Assembly: GCA_964016885.1 (NCBI GenBank) | Contig: OZ024741.1 | Location: 190,092,001-190,156,000 of the forward strand | Direction of reading: 5' to 3' | DNA length: 64,000 bases | Source: Eledone cirrhosa | Taxonomy: Eukaryota | Shown: one piece after another, positions 51,651 through 64,000 of the stretch | How the letters are laid out: each line of letters starts with the position of its first letter | Numbering within the stretch: position 1 is the stretch's first letter | The notes under the pieces: model-generated | The model's database searches: none | What the model was told of the DNA's origin: nothing | The model's input: only the letters and a program-made list of their open reading frames with translations | Translations under genes and position numbers: made by a program

Positions 51651-54600
51651 TCTATTCTACCAACAAGACAAACATCTAAATATATCTCCTTTTATATAGC
51701 ATGTCTTTCAAAATGTTAATAAATATCATAATATTTGTTAGATCTGAACTGAACTTGGCACTGCCAAACAAATTACCCATCAATTTCACAGTGCTGCCAC
51801 TGCCTGATATGCATTTCCATGATCTGTCAGAAATAACTACCAAAACCCTTCCAAATAAAAAAAGTAAACATTAGGTAACTCCCTTTACTATTTTAGCAGA
51901 ATATATCTAAAAGCAAGTTTGTTAATTTAAACCTTTATAGTATCTTTAAAAGATAGATCATGAAAATTTGCAGTAAACTAAAATAAAGATGCTATTTTTC
52001 CATGGAATGCACTCATAGCATTGCTTTGTACTTTTCAAGAATGTCTTGCTAATAGAGATCCATTTGGTAGAAGACATTAAGAGTTAATGAAATCTTGAAT
52101 AACCATAGAAAAACAGCATCCATAGGTCTGATCTATCAGGGTTGACCTGGGGTTGAACTTCAACTGCTTAAGAAAGGCTAGGATCATTAAGAGATAAGTA
52201 TATTAACCAACAGGTGCAGACATATACAGTGCTAATGAAAGCAATCGAACCTATTAGCTATGGTATGCTTTCAATGAAATGTAGAAGTGAAAATCCTACT
52301 TAGAAGCTAACCCTAATCCATGACAGTTTTTAAATAGTTATTGATGAATTTTACATGAATACCTCTCTAATGATAAAAAAAAAAAAAATGCATCCAGTGT
52401 ATTCTGTAATGTGGTTGGGGTTATGGTTATAAGTGACATCCAACAGTAGAAACCATTCCAAAAATAGAATGTACAAGTGTGACAAGGTCCTCAACCTACT
52501 TAGAAAGGCAGTGACTCCAAATAAGAATTGACAGTGAGCTGGCCAACCCAAGCCAGCATGAAAAGTAAACAAACTTATGGGAAATATGTAACACTGAGTC
52601 AAAAAAATAAATCAAATATCCTAAACTGTGAAAGAAATACATACACATTTAAAAAAAAAGTAGGTTAAATCATTCTGTAATTAAAAGTACATGCTAGACT
52701 GGATCCAAAGAAGGCTAATGACTTGATAGACACCACTCCAACATAGATTCATTAGTACACCCAGAAAAAAAATTAATATACCATGCTTACCACAACTTAT
52801 TCCATCAACACAACACATTTCACTATACCTCATATTGTCTCTCACAAACATCAAACTCAATCTACCTCCCAAGAACTGAAATTCCTTGTAAATACCATTC
52901 TGCCTAAGTCAACATCAACATACAACCAGTGCGACAAAGAACACATACTCAGCCCACAGGTTTGGGAGAGTACACTCTGACCATCATCCATCTGAGAAGG
53001 CTCAGAAGGACTATCAATGGACACTGGCCATATTCTGAAATTTTTGTCAAAAAAAAAAAATTTCAATAACTAGTAATTTAGCACAACTAAAATTATTTTC
53101 AATCCATTAAGTTTAGAGCTGAAACATTCTCTAATATCTAAACCAACATTGTTTTGATCTCCAAATGATATCAATGGTCTTTTATTCCTGAATATATACA
53201 TAGTACCAAGTGGATTTAACCTATTCATTACCATATTTATAATGAAGGATTGGGAGGAATTTACTCAAGTTATTAATTATTTCATTAACCCTCTTTTTAT
53301 TGTATTTCTAATGAGAGTCACTGCATATGATTTTCAAATCAACTTTGAAAATAATCAGGAGTTTGGAGGGATTTAGTAATGTAACTAATTTTCTCATTAT
53401 TAAGCTGGTATTTGGAACATAGCAAATGTTACATAAAATTTATGATAGGTTTTTAGATAAGTATAAACACTTAAAAAGTTCTGTAATAAAAGGGCATTTG
53501 TCACATAAAATATTCAAATAATGTTGGAAGGCTTTAGTTAACCCTTTAAAATGGGTGGCTTAGTTTCATAGAACAAGAGGCAGATTTGGGTAAGTTAGTA
53601 TCAATAGGGTTAAACTAGCATACAGCTAACTGGTCTAATGGAAAATAACATTACCTTTAATTTGGAATTAAAAAGATTCTAGTTCAAATGTCATCTGGTA
53701 TTATGCATAAATCTACAAATAAGACACCTGATGATGAGGTCTTACTGGTCTTATATTTTAAATAAAAGTTCCTAATTTGAATCCCGTCTGGAACAATGTA
53801 CACACCCAGGATTCCTTCATTACCAAACCACCTGAACCTGCCTATGGTTCTGTGATACAAAACTACATGTTTTCCTTATATTAAAACATTTAATTTAAAT
53901 TTTATGTTAGAATCTTTTTTTCTTATTAAGTTCCAAACACCAACTTGATCATGAAAAAATTATTTTACTAAATTCCTCCAAATGTTTGATTTTAAAATCA
54001 GTGTTGTCTTTCAATAGAAATATGGTAATGAAAGGGTTAAAACTAAAAAACCTGATGATTTGAGATCAAATCTATCAAAACAGTAATGTGGATGTAAATA
54101 TTTTTAATATGAAATATGTATCTTTTGATAAATTACCTGGAGCAGCCATAGATCTAGTTATACAAAGCTACTCATTGTAAAATGAGTATTAATATTATAT
54201 TAAAACCTTCCATCATAATTTATTTCAAAAACTTTTAGGTATTGTTCAAAATATCAGCTTGCTAATGAAAACCTGAGTTATTTTATTGAATTCCTCCAAA
54301 TTTTTGGTTATTTTCAAAATTAATTGAAATACATAGACAATTTATTTCATTAGAAATATAGTAATGAAAGGGTTAATGATCTGAAGACTTTAAAATTATT
54401 ATCACATTATCTCAACTCATCTCGGCCACTCAAAGATTTGATTCTATAATCAATTAAAGATATATCTCCACTGAGAAGGAGGTTCTTTCATATTTGAAAA
54501 CAAAGAATGTGTTAGATAAAAAAAAAAAAAGCAAAGGTTAACTGTAAGAGTTCTTAAGTGTTAATAATTAAAAAAAGTTATTAAAAAAAACAAAAGCAAA

Positions 54601-54875
54601 CAAGATATCAAACATGCCCACCTCCCAACCGAATCTTTTGAGTTCACATGCTATGAGAATTTATATAGAATAAAAAGAGAGAGGAAGAGAAAGATGATGT
54701 TTATAAACAAACTTTACCCACCATTCACATAAGCCTTCACTTTATCCACATTTCACTTCACCCACATTAGATTGTAAAACAGCTTGCAATGAGGGGGGGG
54801 GGGGGGGGGGTGATTAAATCAATCATATAAAAGAAAAATGTTTGCAACAAAGCATACTCCTACTAAAATCACCAG

Positions 54876-54947
54876 GTGTTTGTTTACTGTGTTTGTGTTT
54901 ACTGTGTTAGTGTTTACTGTGTGTGTGTGTGTGTGTGTGTGTTAGTG

Positions 54948-54979
<32 letters not shown>

Positions 54980-54984
54980 TAGTG

Positions 54985-55030
<46 letters not shown>

Positions 55031-55152
55031 ACTGTGTGTGTGTGTGTGTTAGTGTTTACTGTGTGTGTGTGTGTGTTTACTGTGTGTTTACTGTGTGTGT
55101 GTGTGTGTTTACTGTGTGTTTACTGTGTGTGTGTGTGTGTTTACTGTGTGTG
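54876..55152. repeat. (TG)n microsatellite with TTTAC interruptions
   Basis: Directly visible. Confidence 0.95.
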
Positions 55153-56710
55153 TATATCATCATCATCGTTTAACGTCCATATTCCACGCTTGCATATATA
55201 TATATATATATAAGGATATGTTTATATATACACATACACCAACACGCGTGTTAGCTTTCAAACAAAAATTAATAGGTTAGATAACTGATGGAAGGTTATA
55301 TATACATGCGGATATACAGGCGTTGTACAATATAAGTTAAAGGACATTCAAGGTCACACACACCAACAGATGTTTATTTAAAGCTTCCAGCGAACATTCC
55401 AGATTCTAGAGCTTTGACCACCCTGGTTAAAAGGTAAACTTGCATACTAGGCGAGGGAACCTCTACGTGGTCTATCGACCTGCTGGAAACAACAGCCACA
55501 TCTCTCAAATCCCATCCAATTGTCTAAAATAAGTATTAAAAAATACATTGGATACTGTAGTCCTATATACTATTAAAAAGATAGGCATGTCACAACTGGA
55601 ATGCTTTTGATTATGGCTGTTTAAGAGGGGTGACCAACTAGATTTTGAGCTAAAGGGTCTTTGGGTATATATTTACTTACTAAATTAACGAGGGAAATGC
55701 ACATTATTATAACGAGTGTCAGCATGTTACTGTATAATGTTGTGTCTTTATTTTGAGAGCCCATGACACTGAGGCAATATATCGTTTATGGGGGGGGGGG
55801 GGGGTGCAAAAGGTGATCATGCAACATGGCCTGTCACTAGCTACAGGGCTTTTTGACAACAACCTGCCCAAATCCACCTCAGGTTCTCTGAAACAAAACT
55901 ACCCATTTTAAAGGATTCCTATTTAAATTAAAATCTTTTAACATAAAATTATATAATATCCTTTTAAGTTCTGTTACTTATACCATTTTAATAATGCAAT
56001 ATTTAGTCATTTTAGTAATTTTTTCCATATTCTTCATTAAAAAATTCAAATCCCGTGTATGTTAGGAAACAATATGGTAACAAAAGGTTTAAAGTATTTG
56101 AATTACATAATTTAGGGTGGTTATCGGAAAATTTTTTAAAATCTGCCTCTCAAGAAAAACTGAAAGCTTCTGGGTAATAACAATAAAGGAAATGTATACA
56201 ACTATACCAAATAGTAAACATGATTGGTTCTTAGACAGGCAAAAAAAAAACAGTAAAACAAAATTGCTTTTAACTTTTGCAAATTTCAGTTCATATTAGC
56301 TACACAGATTTCATTTTATGCCTGCCTGTCCATACTGGCATGAGGTGGATAGGTTGTTACTGACCAAGTCAGTATTGACCAGAGCTACATTTCTCCTTGC
56401 TCAATATTTTCTGTTTTGGCAAGGTTTCTAGAGCTGGATGAACTTCCTACTGCTTATTACCTAACAGAGTAGAACAAATATGAGAGGGGGTCGTCATTTC
56501 ATTGATGTGACTAAGGTGTTGTTCTCCCAACTCTTATATCACATTATTTCTATGGCTGGATGCAAATAGTTGTAAAATTCTAGATTAAATTAACCCCTTC
56601 TAATGAAAAATTATTTATCTTTTCTTCTACACTTTGTTTTCTGTCAAACTGCAGCCATGCTGGAGCACAGTCTTTATGAGGTTTTATTTCATATATCAAC
56701 CCCCAGTACT

Positions 56711-58880
56711 TCATCATCATCGTTTAACGTCCCATCTTCCACGCTAGCATGGGTTAAACGGGAGTTGTCCCACTTGAGGCAAGGTTGGTCGGGTGACCGT
56801 GTCTCGCTCATATAGGACTATCTGGCAGGTTTTCTGCGGCTGGATGCCCTTCCTAATACCAACCACATTTACAGTGTGTACAGCATGGACTGTATTTTTG
56901 TCGTGACACCTACACAATCCCGTTCTAATTATCTCATTTATTTGGACTGGATGCTGTGGTACCAACTTTACAGAGAGAGGGTGGTGTTGGTGGGAGTAGG
57001 TTTCGCTTTGTACATAGGCAAGGTGGGTCTTCGGTATTACTGCGTAGCGCCAACGATCTCGGTCCAGTGACATTGTCTTAGAGAGGTGCAAGTGTGTATG
57101 GTCGGAATTTATCAGATCGTCCCAGGTTTTTCTGGGTCTACCTACTCCGTAACTGCCATCAATTTTGATCGCCCTGCACTTTTTTATACAGCTGTCGTCT
57201 TTCATACGCATCATGTGGCCATACCAATGTAGTCTTCTCCCAAGTAAACAGCATCTGATTCCTCTTATTCCTAATTTCTCACTTAGTTCATTTATGCTTT
57301 GCCGTTCACGTATATTACTATTACACATCCAACGGAGCATGGATGCTTCGTTCCTCTCCAGTCTGCGTATATCCTCTGCACACAATGCCCATTCTCTCTG
57401 CCATGTAGCATTGCTGTTCGTATACAGGCATCATACAATCTGCCTTTCACTTTTAAAGAGAAACCTTTAGTGGCCAATAGTGGTATTAAGTCTCTGAACT
57501 TTTTCCATCCCGTTCTGACTCTAGCTACTGTACTTTCAGAACACTCTCCACCACTGCTGATTTTCTCACCCAGGTAACGGAAAGTGTCCACTATTTCTAT
57601 AGAACCACCTGGGCAATAGGAGCTAGTATCCTGTGGGCACTTGCTACTTATTGCACCTGAGCATCAGCCACATATAAAGTCTACTTTCTTAGATAGTTTA
57701 CCTGTGATCCCACATCTTTCATGTACCCAGAGTTTGCATTTGGGACATAAAATGGAATTTCTGCCTACTCCTTTCCTACACACTGAGGGCACCTGTGCCC
57801 TATTTTCCTTTCTACAAACTAGAACTTTAGTCTTAGACAAGTTAACTTTAAAGCCTTTTGATTCTAAGCCATGCTTCTATGTTTGGAATTTCTTCTCTAG
57901 TTCAGCCATAGATTCAGCTATGAGAGTTAGATCATCTGCGTATATGAGTTCCCATGATCAACCGGCTTTGAACTCCTCTATTATAGCCTGAAGGGCAATA
58001 ATAAATTCTTCACAATATTCATTGTTAATTCTAACCTTACATAGCTTGTATAGCTCTCAAGCCATTCATCTACACCTAGTTTTCTAAGAGCTCAACAGAT
58101 GCAGGGGACTGTCAAAGGCTTTCTCCAGGTCAACAAAAGCTAAGTATAGGAGTTTACTTTTAGCTAGGTACTTCTGTAGTTGTCGTACAAGGAAAAGAGC
58201 GTATGTGGTACTTTTACCCGACACAAACCCAAATTGCATTTCATCTAGATCAATACGCTCTCTGATTAGTTGCGCTATAACTCTTTCTGTGACCTTCATG
58301 AGCTGGTCAACTAACTTAATGCCTCTATAGTTTCCCCTATCTAGAGCATCCCCTTTACCCTTGTAGCAGTTAATGATGCTGCTGCTACGCTAGTCTTTTA
58401 GTATGACCCCATCCTGTATTACTTGGTTAACTATATGGGTGACCATAGTATGTCCCACCATTCCAGATGCCTTCAACATCTCAGCAACTATCTCCGAAGG
58501 CCCAGCTGCCTTGCCTGTCATCATATCTTTGATTGCCTTACTTATTATACTACCTTTAACTTGCACCGCTGGTCCTTCTATTGAATTGATTTGGGGCAGA
58601 CTATCTTTTTCCTATTTATTCTCATTTAATAGTCTCTCGTAGTGACACTTCCAGGCTATCTTACCAGCATCAGTGAGGGCAAGTACACAATTCTCCCCGA
58701 CAATATCACGGTTTTCCTTGACACATTGTCTCACGTTTTTGGTCCTCACTTTGTAGAACATGCTTGAACTTTCTATCCTCTGCTTCCCTTTTTGCAAGGT
58801 ACACTTGTCTCCTAGCTTCTCTCCTGGCCACTTGATAGTGCTCTCTACTTCCCCCATACTGCCATACTTTCCAAGCCTGC
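56711..58880 (-). mobile_element. Largest RTE-clade LINE copy (5'-truncated, RT pseudogene, intact 3' UTR)
   Basis: QFGFVSGKSTT, LAFVDLEKAFD, WELIYADDL, FRYLG, RTGWKKF, RRL.WYGH..RM and GRPRKTW motifs. (GAT)n tail. Confidence 0.93.
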
Positions 58881-59422
58881 TCAAATCTAGTACTTATTTT
58901 ATTGAATTAAGTTACGGGACATAAACAAATACACCTACTAGCTTCTGCTATTTCTGTCTGCTAAATTCCACTCACAAGACATTGGTCATTGCCCAAAGTT
59001 GCAAAACTAAATCCATAACCCCATAGCCTTGCCTGCGCATATGATTTTCAAATAATTTTGAAAATAATCAAGAATTTGAAAGGAATTAGTAAAATAACTC
59101 GTTATCAAGCTGTTGAGATATAGATTGAGTGGCTAAAATTACTCTTTCGCATTTTTTTTTTTTTTTAAAATGTAAGAACGTTTATTATTTGCTCCTCACA
59201 CCAGCTTGAAACAGAATTAGTTATATCAAATTCTTCCAAATACTTGATTATTTTCAAAATCACAAAGTTGGCTTAAAAACCATTGATGATTACATAAATA
59301 TGAAAAATAAAAATACAAGCAACATTAAGTAATGAGAAGAGGGAAGAGGTAAAGTCAGACAGATCTAGCTGTATGGGAAAGTAGGGGAAACGACTATAAA
59401 AGCCATGAGAGGAAAAGGGTGA

Positions 59423-59521
59423 TGGGCTGTGGGCCCAGGGTGGGGCTGTGGGCCCAGGGTGGGGCTGTGGGCCCAGGGTGGGGCTGTGGGCCCAGGGTGG
59501 GGCTGTGGGCCCAGGGTGGGG
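59423..59521. repeat. 19-bp G-rich minisatellite gggctgtgggcccagggtg x5
   Basis: Directly visible. Confidence 0.95.
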
Positions 59522-59529
59522 CAGTGTGT

Positions 59530-59956
59530 AGGCTGCGCCCTATGGACAAAACTGCAACGGCATTTGTGGACAAAGGCCAGCGACACCTGCTGCAACAGCC
59601 ACTCCACCTTGTGAGGCTCCTTCCTCAGAAGGGTTGCTAATGTTCAGATTTTGCGGAGGCACTCGGCAGTATGGGGTCGGAGGACGCCTGAGGTGTCAAC
59701 GATGGCCGGACAATCCCTGGTATTCGTGTGTCCGCCTGTTCTCTGTATTGTGGGCTGCAGTACTAGAGTTTGTGATCAGAGCGACTAAGTTGGCGGCAAA
59801 GAACGTGTCACAACATGTGGCATCCTAGATGAGGGTCTTACCTCTTTCGAATGGGAAGAGGGTAATTCCATCGAGGTGCTTACCAGTTCCACGGTCAAGG
59901 CCTGCTAGCTCCAGTTGTAATTTTAAGCCATCTGCATCCAGGCTTTTTCTCAATGG
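59530..59956 (-). mobile_element. CRE-clade (restriction-like endonuclease) non-LTR retrotransposon 3' remnant
   Basis: The reverse strand reads LELAGLDRGTGKHLDGITLFPFERGKTLI*DATCCDTF...WLLQQVSLA. The family motif is LEP.GL.R.DGKRPDG.T..PW..GK.L.WDATC.DT...L.QR.S.A. Confidence 0.75.
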
Positions 59957-60339
59957 ATTTTAAGTATACAGTTGCCTGTCTTTTATAAGGCTAACTTAAA
60001 ATTTCAACAGAGAAAATAGATGGATGCAAGTCACTGAATGGATTTTAAACAGTTTACAATATACAGGGTTATCATATGAAAATTGAAGATGGAATCTAAA
60101 TCAGTGGAAGAATTTTAAATACACAGTTGTGTATAAAGATGTATGCAATGGTTTTTAAGCCAACTTTGTAATTTTGAAAATAATCAAGTATTTGAAAGAA
60201 TTTAATATAACTAATTTTCTCATTTTCAAACTGGTGTTTGTAGCAAACTTAAACGTTCTTACAATTAAATGAATAAATCATAACTGACAAATAGACAAGT
60301 TATTCAATTTTCTTCTTAGCCCACTTTTTCATAGAAGGG

Positions 60340-60746
60340 TTGCGAGGGCAGTCCTTAAGCACGCCTTCCAGCAGGTCTTGTCAGAAGTAGCAGTCTCCAA
60401 ATAATCTGGCTGGATCTCCAAGCGAGACCAGCTGAGCACGTGTATGTGATCCAACCATCTTACTCAAGGTCTACCCCTGGATCTTCTGCTGGTTGGTTTT
60501 GCCTGTAAAATCAGTCTAGCGATTTTTTTCCTTAAACATTCTAGCCACATATCCGTAATATCGGAGTTGTTATCCCTTAATTCAGAGAAATAACGACTAC
60601 CTGGAGCGACTCCCTTATCTCCAAACTATGCACCCTATCAAGTAATATTATTCCAAAAAGCCTTCAGAGGAGCCTTTATTTGAGCCACGTATATCCATGA
60701 TGATGATCTTTCAGCCATTACTCAAGATTCATGACTATCGGTAAGG
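60340..60746 (-). mobile_element. Expander/RTE-1-like LINE 3' remnant (a different RTE family)
   Basis: LT.SHES*VM.ER...ARLILQAKPTSRRSRGRP*VRWLDHI..LSWSRLEI...W...L on the reverse strand. Confidence 0.7.
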
Positions 60747-62642
60747 GTTGGCACAAATACCGAATTGAAGATATTTTTATGACCTTACAAAATACGAAAA
60801 CAATAAAAAGTAAACAAGAATCAATTAAATATGTCATAGATTAATTATTGGTTTAACTGAAACCAACCATTCCAGTTTTACCCTTTCTAACAAGAAAAAC
60901 GGCTGTTAAATGATGATTGACAGTTTTCAATTTCTTATATTTAGAGAACACCATAAACATGTTTGCATATCTTCAAGTAGAAATATCGATCTGATTTCTA
61001 CCTCCCACATAGATAGATATGTGCACATGCATAGACACACACATGTATACACGTACAAATACATTCATACGCGTTTCTCTTTAGATATATAAAATTTACG
61101 TTGTAAATCTTCGCCTTTATAGTTTGTCTTTTTCTTTATCGATAGACTGAAAGATTTGAGAGAGAAAAATTTTCTGAATGTTTCATAGAATTTGTTTTCG
61201 ATAGCCATAAGCTTCCTCACAACAAACTGCTTGCCGTCAGTTGCCACCCATCAATAAATTAGCTCAATAAACGAGGCGGTCGGATATTAGTGCCAGAAAA
61301 TAAAGCCTATGGCTGCTAAAAAGACTTAGGCGTTTTATTCAGATATATATTGTCGAAATTTTCCTTTCACTTTAATTTCATATACCTAAAGCGAAAAACC
61401 GCTACATACGTGCTGACACGAATACACGAACAGATATGCATAATGATAATGTCCGAAGCTAGATATCGGTTGATTCAGACCAGTAGCTGCAGTTAGTGTT
61501 AACAGACAGGAGCTAGTTAGTATTTTTGGTTTAGCCACAATCAAAAGCGTTTCCATCGTGACAAACCTGTTTTTCGTTTTTTTATATATATAGTAATAAT
61601 AATAAATTTGAAGACTAAAATCCAAAGAGGGCTCGATAAGGATAAATATATATCAAATATATAAGAACCGTAGAGCAAATATTTATTAAAGACTTTGTTA
61701 GTTTCAGAAGATCCCGTTAAGGGTGAAAGCAGCGATTCTTTGCTTAATCTGTCATTTTAATATATACATATACCCAAAACTACAGTCTAATATGTCCTTT
61801 CTTTTTTAAGACAGTAGGGTGTGATTTCTAGCAAGTCGAGTGGACTTCGACGAGATTAAGCTAGTTGTGTCAAAATAAGACCAGGTATAAATACACACAC
61901 ACACAACTACAGGAGTCACCACGTCAATAAATCAACACCCTAACATTAATATCTATCATATATCAATATACGGACGTTTTATACAAATACACCATGATAT
62001 AATTAAGCCTACAATACAAATGGTAAACCATATGGACCAGAGGTGAGGCACAAAATTTGAATATTTAGGAAACAGTTGCAGTCATATTGATCACGTTATA
62101 TCTTAGGATGAATGCGCCTTTTTTATATAATTTGATATTTTTATTTTAAATGAAACGTGGCCGGTGTTGCTTTTTTTCGTTTTGTAGTTGTTTTTGTTGT
62201 CTATTTTGAATTAAATTTCTTCGTAAATATTGATTTTTAAATTAATCTGACCATAATAGGATGTGTGGGTGTTTGGATTAAGGACAGTATTAAAGAAAAT
62301 GTAAGCCATGACAGAAAAGACAAAAAGTTGCAAGTCATTGCTATTACACAAATAGGTAGAGAAGGAGTGGACCAAAACAAAACCAACTCATATTACATAT
62401 CAAATATGTTAAAATGTATAACATCACTATTTGGTGTGGGGAAGGGTGTTTTATCCAAGTTCAGTCCTGCACGAACCGATTTGCGATCATGGGCGTTCAC
62501 TGTACAATGTATAATGTGTCCCTACCTTTTCGAGACAGTATGGTTTTAGCTGAAAGTGATTTGACAATTTTATTGTTAATGGGTTGAGCAACTACGTAGA
62601 GGCTCCATTCATTGGTTCAGAGAGAGTAAAGTTTAGGGACAT

Positions 62643-62950
62643 GGGTAAAAGGTAAAGACCCCCTTCAGTCACAAATGACTATGGGATTTGAACCTATAAA
62701 GTTCCCCTCCGCAGTCGTCCAAGCATACTAACCTCCCCTCTCCGAGCCTCTGGTTGTCCAAAAGAAAGGCAATGGCCGATACAGCTTGGCACCAGTGACG
62801 TTGCAACTCATTTCTCCAGCTGAGTGAACTGGAGCAACGTAAAATAAAGTGTCTTGGTCAAGAACACAACGCATATCCCAGTCCGAGAATCGAACTTACA
62901 ACCTCGCGATTGTAAGCCCAACGCTCTAACCACTAAGCCATGCGCCTTCA
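62643..62950 (-). mobile_element. Full-length CORE-SINE with (ACCTTT)n tail
   Basis: Same head and CORE as 7883, but an unrelated 3' half ending tttaccttttacc. Confidence 0.8.
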
Positions 62951-63779
62951 CAAGCGACGGGTGCTGAGACAGGTTGCAGAAAGTGTGTTAAGGAGTTATT
63001 GGATGAATGAAACAAAAAAAAAAAACAAAAAAAAACAAAAAAAAAACGAAAAAAATGATATACAAAGTAAACAAATGTCTGAGTCTCTAGAGAGGATGAC
63101 AACCACCTAGTGCTTATCAAAGAACACCATAGATACAGGGTTACCCTGATGTCCACGAAGAGGAGCCATCGTCAATTCCCTGTCCTATCACAGGCTGAGA
63201 GTAGAACCATTTACTCGAACCATGCTCACCACTCGGCAAATTGCTCGAAGATAGGACCTCCGTAAGATTGAGAGAATTCGATGAGCGCCTGACCGAAGAG
63301 GAAAGTACCTGTCTTCAGTCTTTTCAGTCACTTCCGCCACTTTTCTTCGTGGCCAACTGACAGTGGAAAACTACTTGCCTTTCCCAGTCCAATAAAAACG
63401 ATGTGGCCACACAAGTTAGCAATTCTCAAACACTGAAAGCGTGCATAACGGTTTTAGCGTTGTTTGCAACTTGGACATGTCTGTAGAGTTTACCTCGAAC
63501 TAGCAATAAATAAGCTTCAGTAACATTGCTGTGTCATGGATTTTTTCAGGATCGAAAGTTCTCCAGAAAAAACCCCATCCAGCTGCTACTTGTTGAGCTT
63601 CACCGAGAGCGTCAGAGTTATTCCCCAATCACTAAATGTCCTCTATAAAAAGCTAACGAAGTTCCACCAGCAGAATTGACTGACTGGTAAAGAGCTGTGA
63701 ACGCCCAGCATTTCATATCCTGTCTTGGTCTTCGCTTGAATCAAAATTATAACTCCGTCAGAATCGAATTGTGTGGTTT

Positions 63780-63960
63780 CTAAATCAGGCACAAGGATAA
63801 ACATTTTTGTGTAAGAGTATAGACAATTATATCGACACCAAACTTAATTTGTATTTTATTTTACGACTCCAGAAGGATGAAAGGTTAAGTTAACCAAGAT
63901 GGGGTTTGAACTGAGAACATAAAATGATAATTAAATGTCTGACATTCTACCGATTCTACC
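63780..63960 (-). mobile_element. Decayed Meta-type SINE
   Basis: ggcacaagg...aaggatgaaagg.taagtt...tttgaact motifs. Confidence 0.65.
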
Positions 63961-64000
63961 ATGATTTTTAATAAAAGCCCAAAAGTTCAGGAAATCATAG

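Noticed and set aside
59365-59640. Pro/Gly-rich repeat proteins
   Set aside because: Translations of the 19-bp minisatellite.
63120-63745. GC-richer segment, possibly a decayed L1/Tx1-type LINE
   Set aside because: Only a weak MVRVNG-like hint on the minus strand, which is not enough to call.
39686-64000. Canonical ADSS first coding exon (QWGDEGKGK)
   Set aside because: A manual scan for the reverse-complement codon patterns (CCCCAYTG; YTCRTCNCC in context) found no match. The near hit at about 50645 reads *WGDSAK. The exon is presumably outside the window.

Overview
AT-rich, repeat-dense animal genomic DNA. The SINE/LINE repertoire points to an octopod cephalopod (inference). The only host gene I can support is adenylosuccinate synthetase (ADSS/purA), on the minus strand. 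Eight GT-AG exons between 39685 and 9018 join in frame into 744 nt (248 aa), from GGNNAGHT through IGTTKKGIGP and [13 protein letters not shown] to KAYLTRVG...FPTE. None of these exons appears in the supplied ORF track. The first coding exon (QWGDEGKGK P-loop) and the last exons are not in the window. The introns contain two decayed piggyBac transposases and two TTAA-flanked MITE families; RTE, Vingi, CR1 and CRE-type LINE remnants; CORE- and Meta-type tRNA-derived SINEs; a Helitron-like element; and large micro/minisatellites. The most interesting signals are: (i) a dispersed short repeat whose consensus reconstructs a minimal hammerhead ribozyme; (ii) a perfect 35-bp hairpin; (iii) a minisatellite made from the exon-2 splice-donor junction itself; (iv) a TATA/ATG/donor mini-exon that could give an ADSS isoform lacking the P-loop; (v) many inverted repeat pairs able to form dsRNA in the pre-mRNA. 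All analysis was by eye, and no searches were run.
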